From IMG/VR virus record IMGVR_UViG_3300027782_000038: DNA of 64,000 nucleotides; one strand, written 5' to 3'. How positions within the stretch are numbered: the stretch's first letter is position 1; each line of letters begins with the position of its first letter. Shown piece by piece: positions 9,108 to 20,400 of the stretch. Under the pieces are notes generated by a model. The model had not been told where the DNA came from, did not search any database, and worked only from the letters and a program-made list of their open reading frames with translations. This DNA is from a virus. Made by a program: the position numbers and the translations under genes.

Positions 9108-9110
9108 ATA
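9103..9110 (+). promoter_or_regulatory. late promoter CATAAATA
   Basis: Lies 4 nt before the gp25 ATG. Confidence 0.6.
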
Positions 9111-9114
9111 AAAC

Positions 9115-9507
9115 ATGGCCACACTAAAAAAAATATACTCAGATTTAGATTTAACGTTTAATCGCTTGCCGGTTACGAACGATGTTGCCTTGAGCTATGA
9201 TGAAAAGTCGGTAATTCGCTCGGTCAGAAATCTTTTACTAACAAATTTTTATGATAGGCTATTTCAACCAGAAATTGGATCAAATTTAACTAAATTATTA
9301 TTTGAAAATGTGGATGCATTGACCGCATCTTTGTTACAGAATGAAATATCAAATGTAATCAAAAACTATGAACCTAGAGTGGCAATTGAATATATTAAGG
9401 TTACTCCTGATGAGGACAATAACAAATATTCAGTTTCGTTATCTTTTTTCATAGGAAATAATTCTACACCTACAGCGGTAAATCTACTTCTTCAAAGGTC
9501 CAGATAA
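9115..9507 (+). CDS. gp25: baseplate wedge/sheath initiator gp25
   Basis: YSDLDL.F, SVRNLLLTN..DRLFQPEIGS, IKNYEPRV. Confidence 0.92.
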   Translation: MATLKKIYSDLDLTFNRLPVTNDVALSYDEKSVIRSVRNLLLTNFYDRLFQPEIGSNLTKLLFENVDALTASLLQNEISNVIKNYEPRVAIEYIKVTPDEDNNKYSVSLSFFIGNNSTPTAVNLLLQRSR

Positions 9508-11582
9508 TGGCATCTAACACAAATATTCAAATCACAAATCTAGACTTCAGTTCAATCAAGTCTAATTTTATTAATTATCTACAAACTCAGGATACCTTTA
9601 AAGATTATAACTTTAGTGGTTCTGCCATGTCGGTGTTACTAGATGTGTTGGCATATAATACACAATATAATGCTTATTATCTGAATATGGTTGCAAATGA
9701 GATGTTTTTAGACTCATCATTACAAAGATCATCAGTTGTATCACACGCAAAACTATTGAATTACACACCAAGATCAGCTGTTGCATCTTCAGCAACAATC
9801 AATTTTCAGGCCAATGGTGTAGCAAATAGTTCATTTACATTACCAAAATTCACAAACTTTATGTCTGTTCCTATTGATGGGGTCAATTATAATTTTGTGA
9901 CTACAGACTCATATACAAACAACACTTCAGGTGGCGTTGTTACACTTAATAATGTGATATTGAAACAAGGTATTCCAACAACATATTCTTTTACTGTTAA
10001 TGGTACAACAAACCCATCGTATACATTTGAAGTACCTGATGCAAATATTGATACTTCAACAATCGAGGTACTTGTACAACAGTCATCTTCAAATACAAGT
10101 TATGACATTTATCAAAATGCAACAGATTATCTTACATTAGATTCAGAATCTAATGTTTATTTCTTGCAAGAAAGTCTGACTGGTTATTATCAAATTTACT
10201 TTGGTGACGGAATTCTTGGTAGAAAATTATCAGACGGTAATATTATACAAGTTTCTTATGTCTCTACAGAAGGATCATCAGCAGCAGGTGCCAATAATTT
10301 TGTATTGATGGATAGTTTTCCTTCATTTACAAGTTATAATATTACTCCTGTCGCATCAGCTTCCAGTGGTTCAGCCAAAGAATCCATTGAGTCTATTAAG
10401 TATCAAGCACCTAAAGCATACTCCTCACAGAATCGTGCAGTCAGTAAAGATGATTATATTTCTATTATTCAGAGAAATAATTTAGGTATCACATTTGATT
10501 CGGTGAACGTTTGGGGTGGAGAAGAAAATGATCCACCAGTTTACGGACAAGTTTTTGTGTCTATGAAACCAACTGGTGCATACAATATTACTGAAACTCA
10601 AAAAGAAAGATTGATAAAAGAGGTTATTAAACCAATTAGTGTACTGACAGTCACACCAACAATTGTTGATCCAGACTATACTTACATCAAACTTACTGTT
10701 AATGTTTATTATAATCCATCAAAAACTACACTATCTTCTTCACAAATTCAAAATGGTGTTACTACTGCAATACAAAATTATGCCACGACAAACTTAAACA
10801 CATTCAATTCAACATTTAATACATTTGATGTTTTAACGGCTATTCAAAATTATGATAAGTCGATTATCACAAGTGAATTTACCACACAATTGCAAAAGAA
10901 ATTCTTTCCTAATTTAGCTACACCAACAACATATAAGTTGAGTTATAATGTTCCATTAGAAAAAGGAATGTTTTTGAGTGGTGTATCTTCCACACCTGCG
11001 TTGCAATTTAGAGATGCAACAAATTTATCAAATATTATTGATGGCATTTATATCGAAGAAGTTCCTTCATCGACAGGTGGTGTAGAATCAATTTCAGTTA
11101 TTAATCCAGGTTTCAATTATCAATACGCACCAAAAATCACTATCTTAGGAGATGGAACTGGTGCTACAGCACACGCCGTAGTTAATAATGGAAGTATTTC
11201 TAATATTGTTATTGATAATGCTGGAACTGGTTATACCAGTGCTATAGCCACAGTAACGGCACAATCTGGAGATACAACAGGTCAACTAGGTGCGGTTGTT
11301 GTGAATCTAACCGGTAGAACCGGTACACTTAGAACTTATTACAATGATACAACAAATGTTAAGACAATATTCAACCAAAATATTGGAACAATTGATTACA
11401 ATAATGGTTTAATTACATTGAATTCATTCGGACCAATTAATGTAGATAATGCATTGGGTCAACTAACAGTAACCGCAAATCCTTCGACCTCGATTATATC
11501 ATCCACATATAATAGAATCATTACAATTGATCCGTTCGATCCAACTGCTATCACAGTAAATGTTATTACTAAAAATACATGA
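9507..11582 (+). CDS. gp6: baseplate wedge subunit gp6
   Basis: LDFSSIK, DYNFSGS.MSVLLDVLAYNT.YNAYY.NM.ANE.FLDS, YFGDG, QNRAVS..DY, VWGGEENDPP.YG. Confidence 0.93.
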   Translation: MASNTNIQITNLDFSSIKSNFINYLQTQDTFKDYNFSGSAMSVLLDVLAYNTQYNAYYLNMVANEMFLDSSLQRSSVVSHAKLLNYTPRSAVASSATINFQANGVANSSFTLPKFTNFMSVPIDGVNYNFVTTDSYTNNTSGGVVTLNNVILKQGIPTTYSFTVNGTTNPSYTFEVPDANIDTSTIEVLVQQSSSNTSYDIYQNATDYLTLDSESNVYFLQESLTGYYQIYFGDGILGRKLSDGNIIQVSYVSTEGSSAAGANNFVLMDSFPSFTSYNITPVASASSGSAKESIESIKYQAPKAYSSQNRAVSKDDYISIIQRNNLGITFDSVNVWGGEENDPPVYGQVFVSMKPTGAYNITETQKERLIKEVIKPISVLTVTPTIVDPDYTYIKLTVNVYYNPSKTTLSSSQIQNGVTTAIQNYATTNLNTFNSTFNTFDVLTAIQNYDKSIITSEFTTQLQKKFFPNLATPTTYKLSYNVPLEKGMFLSGVSSTPALQFRDATNLSNIIDGIYIEEVPSSTGGVESISVINPGFNYQYAPKITILGDGTGATAHAVVNNGSISNIVIDNAGTGYTSAIATVTAQSGDTTGQLGAVVVNLTGRTGTLRTYYNDTTNVKTIFNQNIGTIDYNNGLITLNSFGPINVDNALGQLTVTANPSTSIISSTYNRIITIDPFDPTAITVNVITKNT

Positions 11583-14464
11583 TACCAAATAACAATAAAA
11601 CATCGCTACTGATACCATCACAACTTCCTGAATTTATTCGGGCAGACCCATCATATCAAAATTTTACCCTGTTTTTACAGGCTTATTATGAATGGATGGA
11701 ACAATCTGGAAATGTTACTGATGTATCTAAAAATCTAACAAATTATTGGGATATTGATAATACAACTGATCAATTTTTAGACTATCTTTATAATGATTTT
11801 TTACCTTATTTCCCAAAAGAAATATTAGCAGATAAACAGAAAGTTACAAAAATTGCAAAAGAGTTATACAAAACAAAAGGAACACCAGCATCTTATCAAT
11901 TTCTTTTTAGAGTTCTTTATAATTCGGATGTAGACTTCTTCTACACAAAAGATGCTGTTCTAAGAGCTTCGGCTGGTAAGTGGTATGTTGCCAGAAGTTT
12001 GAAACTTGCATCTAACAATATCAATTTTTTAAATACCAATAATCTAAGACTCTTTGGTGAAACAACGAAATCTATTGCAACAATTGAAAATTCAGTATTG
12101 GCTGGAACAAAAATTGAAGTATTCATTTCGAATATTCAAAGATTGTTTCAATCTGGTGAGTTCATTCGTGTTGTTGATTCAAATAACCAAGATGTTTTAT
12201 TTGGTGGTCAACCACTTAGAGCTAAAATTGTTGGTCAAATTAGTCAAATTAAGATTGATCCAAGTAATAGAGGTAATTATTACCAGCCTGGTGATCCAGT
12301 CATTGTTTATAATGGTCTAAATTCTGCCAATGGACTTGGTGCATCTGCAAAGGTGGGTACAACTACGGCTGGTGCAATTCAACGCATTACAGTCAATTCT
12401 GGTGGATTTGGGTATGCATTAATTAATGCAAATACAAAAACAACAATCAATATTACTAACGGTGGAGGAGCACTTGCCGTACCTGGTGGTTTTAATCCTG
12501 CCGCAAATTCTACGGCAAACGTAGCTTTTATACCTAGAGATTACATTTCACTGAAACGTTTTCATTATATTGGAAATATTGCGACAAGTTCTGGCGCAAA
12601 CACTTACAACCCAGCTACTGGATTGTGGACACAACAAAAATACCAATTTGCAAATAACTTAACAGCTAACGCAAATACGTCTTTAGCTAATGCCTTTACT
12701 TTTTTAGCATTTTCAACTTATCCTATTTCATCCGTAATTGTTCAAAATGGTGGCGGTGGAATTTCAACACCACCATCAATTACAGCTTCATCACTTTATG
12801 AATCTGATGTTGATGAGGCTTATGGTGATCTTAAAAACTTGGGTATTCTTGCACCAATTCAAATTGTTGCAGGCGGCAAAGGTTACGTAGCAAATGATGT
12901 AATTAATTTTATTGGTGGTACAGGTAATGGAGCCAGAGCAAACGTATTGACCGTCAATGCAACAGGTTCGATTACATCAGTTGGTTATGTTTATAAAAAA
13001 GGTGAGTATCCAAATCGTTACCCTCTTGGTGGTATGGGCTATACATCAATTTCATTACCCACACTAACAGTCACATCATCAAATGTACAGGCTTCAAATG
13101 CATCCTTATACGTATCTGGTATTTTAGGTGATGGTGCAACATTCAGTGCAATTACTGATCGTGTTGGTACAATTACAACAATTAATGTAACCGAATTTGG
13201 TGAAGATTATGTTTCAACACCTAATGTATCATTGAAAGTACAGGATATCATTGTTAGTAATGTATTAATCAATAATATTGTAAAGACTGGTGATATTGTT
13301 TATCAAGGTACATCATATGCAAACGCAGTATATTTTGCAACAGTATCTTCGATAAATCAAGTATACGCATTTGCTAATGTGGAACAGTCATTATATAATC
13401 TAAGAGTATATAACTACAACTCTTTACCTAATATTAGTTTACCGATCAAGGTAGATACAAAGAGTATTGTAATGAATATGTCGAATCAATATCCGACTTT
13501 GAACACTAGTGCAACAAGATATAATTCAGACGGTGTTATCACTTATGGTGATGGATCTGCAAAAGCTAACGCATTTTTCTTAAATGGTTTGGTAATTAGT
13601 CAAGGACAATACTTAGATACTACTGGTCAACCTAGTTCGTTTGATGTATTACAAAGTACAAATTTCAATAACTATACTTACCAGATTACACTAGAAAAAG
13701 AAATTGAGAAGTACAGATCCACATTACTTAATTTATTGCATCCTACAGGTATGAAAGTACTTGGTCGTTTTGCAATGAAGTCTAATAATGCAATGAATTT
13801 CCAAGCTTTAAATGTTTTAAATACAGGTTTACCGTTGTCGTATTATACTGGTGCAGCAGGTTCTAATGTTACTATGTCTGCAACATTCAGTAATCCCAGT
13901 AATAATATTGTACAACTGAATAACTTGGCTGGCGCAAATATTTCCGGATTCATTTTTGCAAATACTATATTATCTTTTGTTACATCGAATAACGATAAAG
14001 TTCATTCCGAAATAACTTCATTTGATCCAATTGCAAATACAGTAACATTAAAAGATAATGTATGGTTAGCTTTTGCAAATGTGGCAAATGTGACTGCAAA
14101 TTCAGGTAGTAATGTCATAAATATTCGAACGTTGACAAATTCCTATAATATTATTAATAATGGAATTTACAGTAACACGCAGTATCCATTAAAAGATATT
14201 GTTCGATCTGGCGATATTGTTCTTGTTGCAAATAATGCACAAAAGACAGTATCGAGTGTTGATTACATAAACAATAAAATCGTTTTAACAAGCAATTTAT
14301 CAAGTAATGCCAATTCATTCTTGTCTGTATCAAGAACATTGTCTACATATGATGGCAATGTCATATTATATGGACCAGTAGGAACACAATATTACCCACA
14401 GATTATAACTGAGTCTGGGGATTCATTAATAACAGAAGATGGCGATTTCATTCTCTTAGGATAA
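11579..14464 (+). CDS. gp7: baseplate wedge initiator (gp7-like)
   Basis: Follows gp6; QLPEFI..FLQAYYEW, YKTKGT..SY.FLFRVLYN, LLHPTGMK. Confidence 0.7.
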   Translation: MIPNNNKTSLLIPSQLPEFIRADPSYQNFTLFLQAYYEWMEQSGNVTDVSKNLTNYWDIDNTTDQFLDYLYNDFLPYFPKEILADKQKVTKIAKELYKTKGTPASYQFLFRVLYNSDVDFFYTKDAVLRASAGKWYVARSLKLASNNINFLNTNNLRLFGETTKSIATIENSVLAGTKIEVFISNIQRLFQSGEFIRVVDSNNQDVLFGGQPLRAKIVGQISQIKIDPSNRGNYYQPGDPVIVYNGLNSANGLGASAKVGTTTAGAIQRITVNSGGFGYALINANTKTTINITNGGGALAVPGGFNPAANSTANVAFIPRDYISLKRFHYIGNIATSSGANTYNPATGLWTQQKYQFANNLTANANTSLANAFTFLAFSTYPISSVIVQNGGGGISTPPSITASSLYESDVDEAYGDLKNLGILAPIQIVAGGKGYVANDVINFIGGTGNGARANVLTVNATGSITSVGYVYKKGEYPNRYPLGGMGYTSISLPTLTVTSSNVQASNASLYVSGILGDGATFSAITDRVGTITTINVTEFGEDYVSTPNVSLKVQDIIVSNVLINNIVKTGDIVYQGTSYANAVYFATVSSINQVYAFANVEQSLYNLRVYNYNSLPNISLPIKVDTKSIVMNMSNQYPTLNTSATRYNSDGVITYGDGSAKANAFFLNGLVISQGQYLDTTGQPSSFDVLQSTNFNNYTYQITLEKEIEKYRSTLLNLLHPTGMKVLGRFAMKSNNAMNFQALNVLNTGLPLSYYTGAAGSNVTMSATFSNPSNNIVQLNNLAGANISGFIFANTILSFVTSNNDKVHSEITSFDPIANTVTLKDNVWLAFANVANVTANSGSNVINIRTLTNSYNIINNGIYSNTQYPLKDIVRSGDIVLVANNAQKTVSSVDYINNKIVLTSNLSSNANSFLSVSRTLSTYDGNVILYGPVGTQYYPQIITESGDSLITEDGDFILLG

Positions 14465-14467
14465 CAA

Positions 14468-16093
14468 ATGAGTACTGTAAAAATCTCTCAACTACCATCA
14501 ATCGACGATATTGATGCAAATACCGCAAATACACTATTTGCTGGTGTGGATATTTCATCTGGGGTGACGGGCAAAATGACCGCACACACTTTGGCGCAAG
14601 GACTATATTCAAATGAAATACTTAATGTTGGTGTAAATCATCAAAATTTACCTAATACAATTGCACAATTTTCTTTGAGTGGGAATTCATACATTCAAAC
14701 AAACTTGGTGAACACAAACGATGGTGGTACTGCTGACATTGTTGTTACTGCAAATACAGGTTCAGGTGGCACTGATTCTGCAAACTTCATTGATATGGGT
14801 TATGCAAATAAAAACTATCAACCTGGTTCTGAGTTCAATAACATAGGCACTTCTATTAATCCTAAAGATGGTTACCTATATGTTCAAGGAACTGCTGGAT
14901 CAAATGGTGGTAACTTAATTGTAGGTACTACAACATCAAATACACAGTTGAAATTTATTGTTGGTGGTGGTTCTGCGGCTAACGTTGTTGCGAGAATGAC
15001 TTCCAATAGTTTTGTTTTGAATACACAATCATTTATTACATTTTCTGATGGAACGACACAATCAACTGCCGCAGCATCTAATGCATATTCAATTGCTGCG
15101 TTTGCTGTTGCAAATACTGCGGCTGCAAATACTGTAGTAATACAAGCAATTAATCTTGTACAAAATACAAGTATAAATGCATCATTCACACAAGCAAATA
15201 GTGCAAACGTATTAGCTCAATCAGCATTTAATAAAGCAAACAATGCTCTTGCAAATACTACTGGTATCTTTGCTGGTGATCTGACAATTACAGGTAATGT
15301 AGTTACACAAAGTTATATTGATTTTAATAATTCGAATTTTAGTTCAAATACAGCTTTAATCAATATAACAGCAAGTAACAATGCTGCGGTTGTTGCACCT
15401 TCAAATACTAATTATATGTTACAAGTTACAGGTAAAGCAAATTCTGTAACAAGAGTTGTACTTGATAGTTTTGGAGCAAATACATATCCTGTAGTAGTAG
15501 GTCGTATGGGTCGTGGTTCTGCTGATTTACCAGCCGCAACATTAGCTAACGATGTTATGATGAGAATCGTTGGTAATGGATATACAGGAACACAATTTCC
15601 TTCATCTAGTCCTACTAAAATTGATTTCGTTGCGACAGAGAATTTCAGTGATACTAATAGAGGTACACAAATTCAGTTTTGGAATACTCCAACAGGATCA
15701 AATACAATACAAAAAATTGCATCATTCAATGCAGATTCAGTAACATTCGCTGGTGTTGTTAATCCAACAAAAGGATTCATTTACACTCCAACAGTATATC
15801 CTGGTGTTCAGACAGCAATCACATTAGACTTTGCAAATAATTCAGTTCTTCGTGCTCAGACATCCACAGGATTAACAGTAACATTGAGTAATTTTACTGT
15901 AGGTAAAGTTGTCGAATTGTGGGTAACAAACACAGCAGGAGGAAATCAGACATTCACGCATGGTGTTTCTGCATTAAATTCAACAACAAATTCGACAACT
16001 TGGACTATACCAGGAACATCATCAATTCTGGCAAGATATATGTGTATTGATGGAACTCTTGCAAATACCCTCGTTGCTGTCATTCACGCTTAA
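14468..16093 (+). CDS. baseplate-associated fibre/spike protein
   Basis: N-terminal MSTVKISQLP fibre motif, short coiled stalk, beta-rich C-terminus. Confidence 0.6.
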   Translation: MSTVKISQLPSIDDIDANTANTLFAGVDISSGVTGKMTAHTLAQGLYSNEILNVGVNHQNLPNTIAQFSLSGNSYIQTNLVNTNDGGTADIVVTANTGSGGTDSANFIDMGYANKNYQPGSEFNNIGTSINPKDGYLYVQGTAGSNGGNLIVGTTTSNTQLKFIVGGGSAANVVARMTSNSFVLNTQSFITFSDGTTQSTAAASNAYSIAAFAVANTAAANTVVIQAINLVQNTSINASFTQANSANVLAQSAFNKANNALANTTGIFAGDLTITGNVVTQSYIDFNNSNFSSNTALINITASNNAAVVAPSNTNYMLQVTGKANSVTRVVLDSFGANTYPVVVGRMGRGSADLPAATLANDVMMRIVGNGYTGTQFPSSSPTKIDFVATENFSDTNRGTQIQFWNTPTGSNTIQKIASFNADSVTFAGVVNPTKGFIYTPTVYPGVQTAITLDFANNSVLRAQTSTGLTVTLSNFTVGKVVELWVTNTAGGNQTFTHGVSALNSTTNSTTWTIPGTSSILARYMCIDGTLANTLVAVIHA

Positions 16094-16099
16094 TAAATA
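16092..16099 (+). promoter_or_regulatory. late promoter AATAAATA
   Basis: Lies 4 nt before the gp8 ATG. Confidence 0.55.
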
Positions 16100-16103
16100 G
16101 ATC

Positions 16104-17468
16104 ATGGCAAATAAAAACATACTCACATATAACGCAAAAGTCACTCAGATTGAGCAAGACTATTTTTCACCTGTTGCTATTTTGCCAACTTCTGGTCAAG
16201 TAATCAACAGTCTTTATTGTTTTCTTTCTCGTATTGATCCTTGGTCAACCGATTTGGATCCAGAAGAACCAACACAAGATACAGCATATTTAAAGAATGT
16301 ATATAAAAATATGTTTGTTGTAAAAAAGATTCAGTCCAATGATATTGCAATCATAACAGAAAGAATTGATTGGGAAAGTGGTGCAGTATATGATTATTAT
16401 CGTGATGATATTGATATGCTTTCAAAGGATGATAATGGTTTCTTAAACTTACATTTTTATGTAAGAAATCAATATGATCAGGTGTTTAAATGTTTATGGA
16501 ATAATAATGGTGGAGATTCCACAGAACAACCATATTTTCAACCAGGAACATACGGCACAAATAACATTTATAAAGGTGCTGACGGTTATAAGTGGAAATA
16601 TATCTACACAATAGATATTGGAAATAAAACAAGATTTATGGACTCCGTATGGATGCCAGTTCCTATTCTTGAAACCACACTAGATCCCTTATCAACATCG
16701 GCTGGTTGTGGTGATATTGAGGTAATCAATGTGATAAATGGTGGTTCAGGCTACAATCCTTCCAACTCAACTATCACTGTATCAATTACAGGTGATGGTT
16801 CAGGTGCAGTTGCATCGGTAATATCTTCTAATAACACAATCACTGACGTTGTTGTAACAAATCCGGGTACTAACTATTCTTTCGCTACAATCAATATTGT
16901 TTCTAGTTCAGGTGCAGGTGCTAATGTAATTGCGCCAATATCGCCAATTGGAGGACATGGATTTGATGCTGTCACGGAATTAGGTTGTAGTCATATTATG
17001 TTAACGACTACATTTAATGGCTCGGAGGGAGGATATATACCGACAGATATTGATTATCGTCAAGTTGGAATTTTGAATAATCCTCTGGCTCGAAGTACAT
17101 ATCCAAATTTCGCAAATTCAACCATATATAAAACATCTACTGATTTTGTCGTTGCGTCTGGATTTGGAACATATGTGAACGATGAAGTCATTTATCAAGG
17201 ATCTTCACTAGCCTCAGCATCTTTTTCCGCAAAAGTTTTGAGTTTTGATTCAGTATCAAATATAATTAACCTCATAAATATAACAGGAAATCCAACAATC
17301 AATGCACCTGTTTTTGGTAATTCGTCAGGAACAGCTAGAACATTATTGAGTGTTAGTACACCAGATTTTATTACTTTCTCAGGAAGAATAAACTATATTC
17401 AAAATAGAAGTGGTGTACAAAGAAGTTCTGACGGAATAGAACAATTTAAATTTGTATTACAATATTAA
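16104..17468 (+). CDS. gp8: baseplate wedge subunit gp8
   Basis: RIDWESG..YDYY, VFKCLWN, DGYKWKYIYTI, GGHG, YRQVGIL.NP, YIQNR..R...IEQFK. Confidence 0.9.
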   Translation: MANKNILTYNAKVTQIEQDYFSPVAILPTSGQVINSLYCFLSRIDPWSTDLDPEEPTQDTAYLKNVYKNMFVVKKIQSNDIAIITERIDWESGAVYDYYRDDIDMLSKDDNGFLNLHFYVRNQYDQVFKCLWNNNGGDSTEQPYFQPGTYGTNNIYKGADGYKWKYIYTIDIGNKTRFMDSVWMPVPILETTLDPLSTSAGCGDIEVINVINGGSGYNPSNSTITVSITGDGSGAVASVISSNNTITDVVVTNPGTNYSFATINIVSSSGAGANVIAPISPIGGHGFDAVTELGCSHIMLTTTFNGSEGGYIPTDIDYRQVGILNNPLARSTYPNFANSTIYKTSTDFVVASGFGTYVNDEVIYQGSSLASASFSAKVLSFDSVSNIINLINITGNPTINAPVFGNSSGTARTLLSVSTPDFITFSGRINYIQNRSGVQRSSDGIEQFKFVLQY

Positions 17469-17477
17469 AGGAATAAA

Positions 17478-20400
17478 ATGCCTCTGAATTTCAATGTTGA
17501 TCCTTATTATGACGACTTCGATCCAGCAAAAAATTATCATCGAGTTTTGTTTAAACCGGGCTTTGCTGTTCAGGCTAGAGAATTAACTCAGGCACAGACT
17601 ATATTACAAGATCAAATTACTAAGTTTGCTGATAACATCTTCAAGCAAAACTCGCCTGTTACTGGTGGACAAGTAACTACAAACTTAAATTGTAATTATA
17701 TAAAATTACAATCAACTTACAACAATTCTTCAATTGATGTTACTGATTTTTTAGGTAAATTAGTTCAAGATGCAACGGGAACAATTCTAGCTCGTGTTAT
17801 TGCTGTGGCGGCTCCTACTGGTACTGAAGGTGTTGGTGATCCACCAACTCTGATTGTTTCTTATACATCAGGAGAGCATTTTTCAGACAGTGATGTTATT
17901 TATGATACTGGTTCAAACTTAGCTGCTCAAGCTGTTATTTTGGATGCAACTGGTCAAAGTTCTGTGGTTTCTATTGCTCAAGGCGTGTTTTATATCTCAT
18001 CTAACTATACCAGATCAGATGGTATAGTTATTTCAAATGGTACTTTTGTTCAGGTCAACCCACAAACCACTATTTTAAGTAAGTATAGCAAGTTACCTAG
18101 TTTACGTGTTGGTCTAAACATTACAGAAACAATTCGAGATTATGTAGATGACACATCACTTCTGGATCCAGCTATTGGGGCATCAAACTATCAAGCACCA
18201 GGTGCAGATAGATATCTTATTTCACTAGCGTTGGAGACTCGTCCATTGTCTTTGGGTGATGATGACGGCTTCATTGAATTACTTCGTATTACAGGTGGTA
18301 ATATTGCCAAACTGGTAGACGGTTCAGTTTATAACGTCATTGATGACTATTTTGCTAAACGTGACTATGAAACGAATGGTGATTATGTTGTTCAAGATTT
18401 CAAATTAACACCAAGAACAAATTCCGCAGATAGTTCAAACAATACATATCTTATGAGTATTGGTAAAGGTCTGGCATATGTTCATGGTTATAGAACAGAA
18501 AATCCAGATCAAGTTGATTTATTAACTAATAGAGCAAGAACCACAGAATCACAAGGTAACAATCCCATATTCATGAATTATGGTAGTTATTTTTATGTTA
18601 ACACGGTTCGTGGTGCAAATGGTTCTTCAGGATTAAGTAATACCACAACAACACAAACAATAGATTTACACTGCGTACCAGTAGCCAACGTTAACGTGGC
18701 ATCAGCAATTGCATATAGTTCAACTCTTGTTGGTTCTGGTTATATTCGTGGTTTAGTATACGATACCAACACAACTGATGCAGCAAACACCTTTGTTTAT
18801 AAAGCATATGTTTACAATGTACAAAACAACACACTGACAGGAAATGCAGTATCCGCAACAGCCAATACTATTACATTACCAAGTACATTCTCCGTGGCTA
18901 ATTCAGCGTATGTTGGTGTGGATATTTCTATCACTTCTGGAACTGATGCTGGCGATTTTAAAACAATCACTGCTTACAATGGAGTAACAAAAACAGCAAC
19001 AGTAAATGCTAATTGGATTGCAACACCAGATACATCATCAAATTTTGCTTTGAATTTTGGCATTAAAGATGTTGATATTTTAATGACAGCAACAAAATCC
19101 TCATACCCCGCACTTATTACTGGAACCGCATCAATTGATCCAATAAGTCGTGTTGGTGGTATCTCTGCTGGTGCAACAGTTTTACAAAACCCAATTACAC
19201 CAGAATTAATATTTCCTCTTGGTAATCCTTATGTTTCGAATTTAACCGACACATCATACACAACAACGAGAGTATTTAAAGGTGTCTCTTTCTCTGGTTC
19301 GCCAACTGTTACTGGAACATTAAGTCTTTCTTCTTATTCTGGTGCAATTAAGCACATTGGTTCAGGAGTATTAAGTCCAAGTACAGTCAAACAAAACTTT
19401 ACTGTTATTGTAACAAATGCCGGAACATCTACTTTTGCTGTTGGCGATTTAGTTAACTGGTCAACAACAGGTAGAACAGTTACAATAACTTCAGGTGCAA
19501 CTACATCTGTAGCAGATATGTCAGTTGCCACTTCTGCTATTGGTGGTGGATTTACAGCAGATGTAATTGTCACAGTTCAAGTTTTAAATGGTGATAATAC
19601 AAGTTATGTATTAAAAAATAAAAATTTAGTTAATGCAAATACAACAGTTGTTAATGTAAGCGGAACAACTGTAAACACAAATATTTTTATTGATCAAACA
19701 TTAGGTCAAGTTTATATTACAAAAGCAGGATTAGTTTCTCCTGGTTTAAAACAAAGTTTATATATTTCTGATGTAAAAAATGTAATTAAAATTATAGATA
19801 CACGTAGTGCGAATACTTCAGCTAATGTAGCAATGTTAACAAATCCATCTCATGATATCACGAATAATTACATTTTTGATAATGGACAAAGAGATAACTT
19901 TTACGACCATGCAACATTAACGTTACGTTCAGGCGCACCTCAACCAATAGGTAATATTCTTGTTCTAATGAATTTCTATCAACATTCAAGTACTGTTGGT
20001 GGTTATTTCAGTAAAATGTCGTACATTGATATAGCGACAAGTCCAGAAAATTACAATCAGATTCCAAGATATACAAGTACAAATGGTACAACATATACAC
20101 TCCGTGATTGTGTTGACTTTAGACCAACAAGAACAAACGCAACGACAGCATTTGCTTTTGATTCTGGTGATGTAGCATTTTTACCTATAGATGGTTCAAC
20201 ATTTATTGGTGATTATGCTTATTATCTTGGTCGAAAAGACCTTTTAGTATTAACAAAAGATAAGAGTTTCAATATAATTCAGGGCGCACCTTCTTTACAA
20301 CCAATACTTCCTCCAACACCTGATGGTGCATTATTAGTTGCCAATTTAAATCTGGATCCATATACAGCATATTTACCTTCAGAAGTTCCTAATTCTGGTC

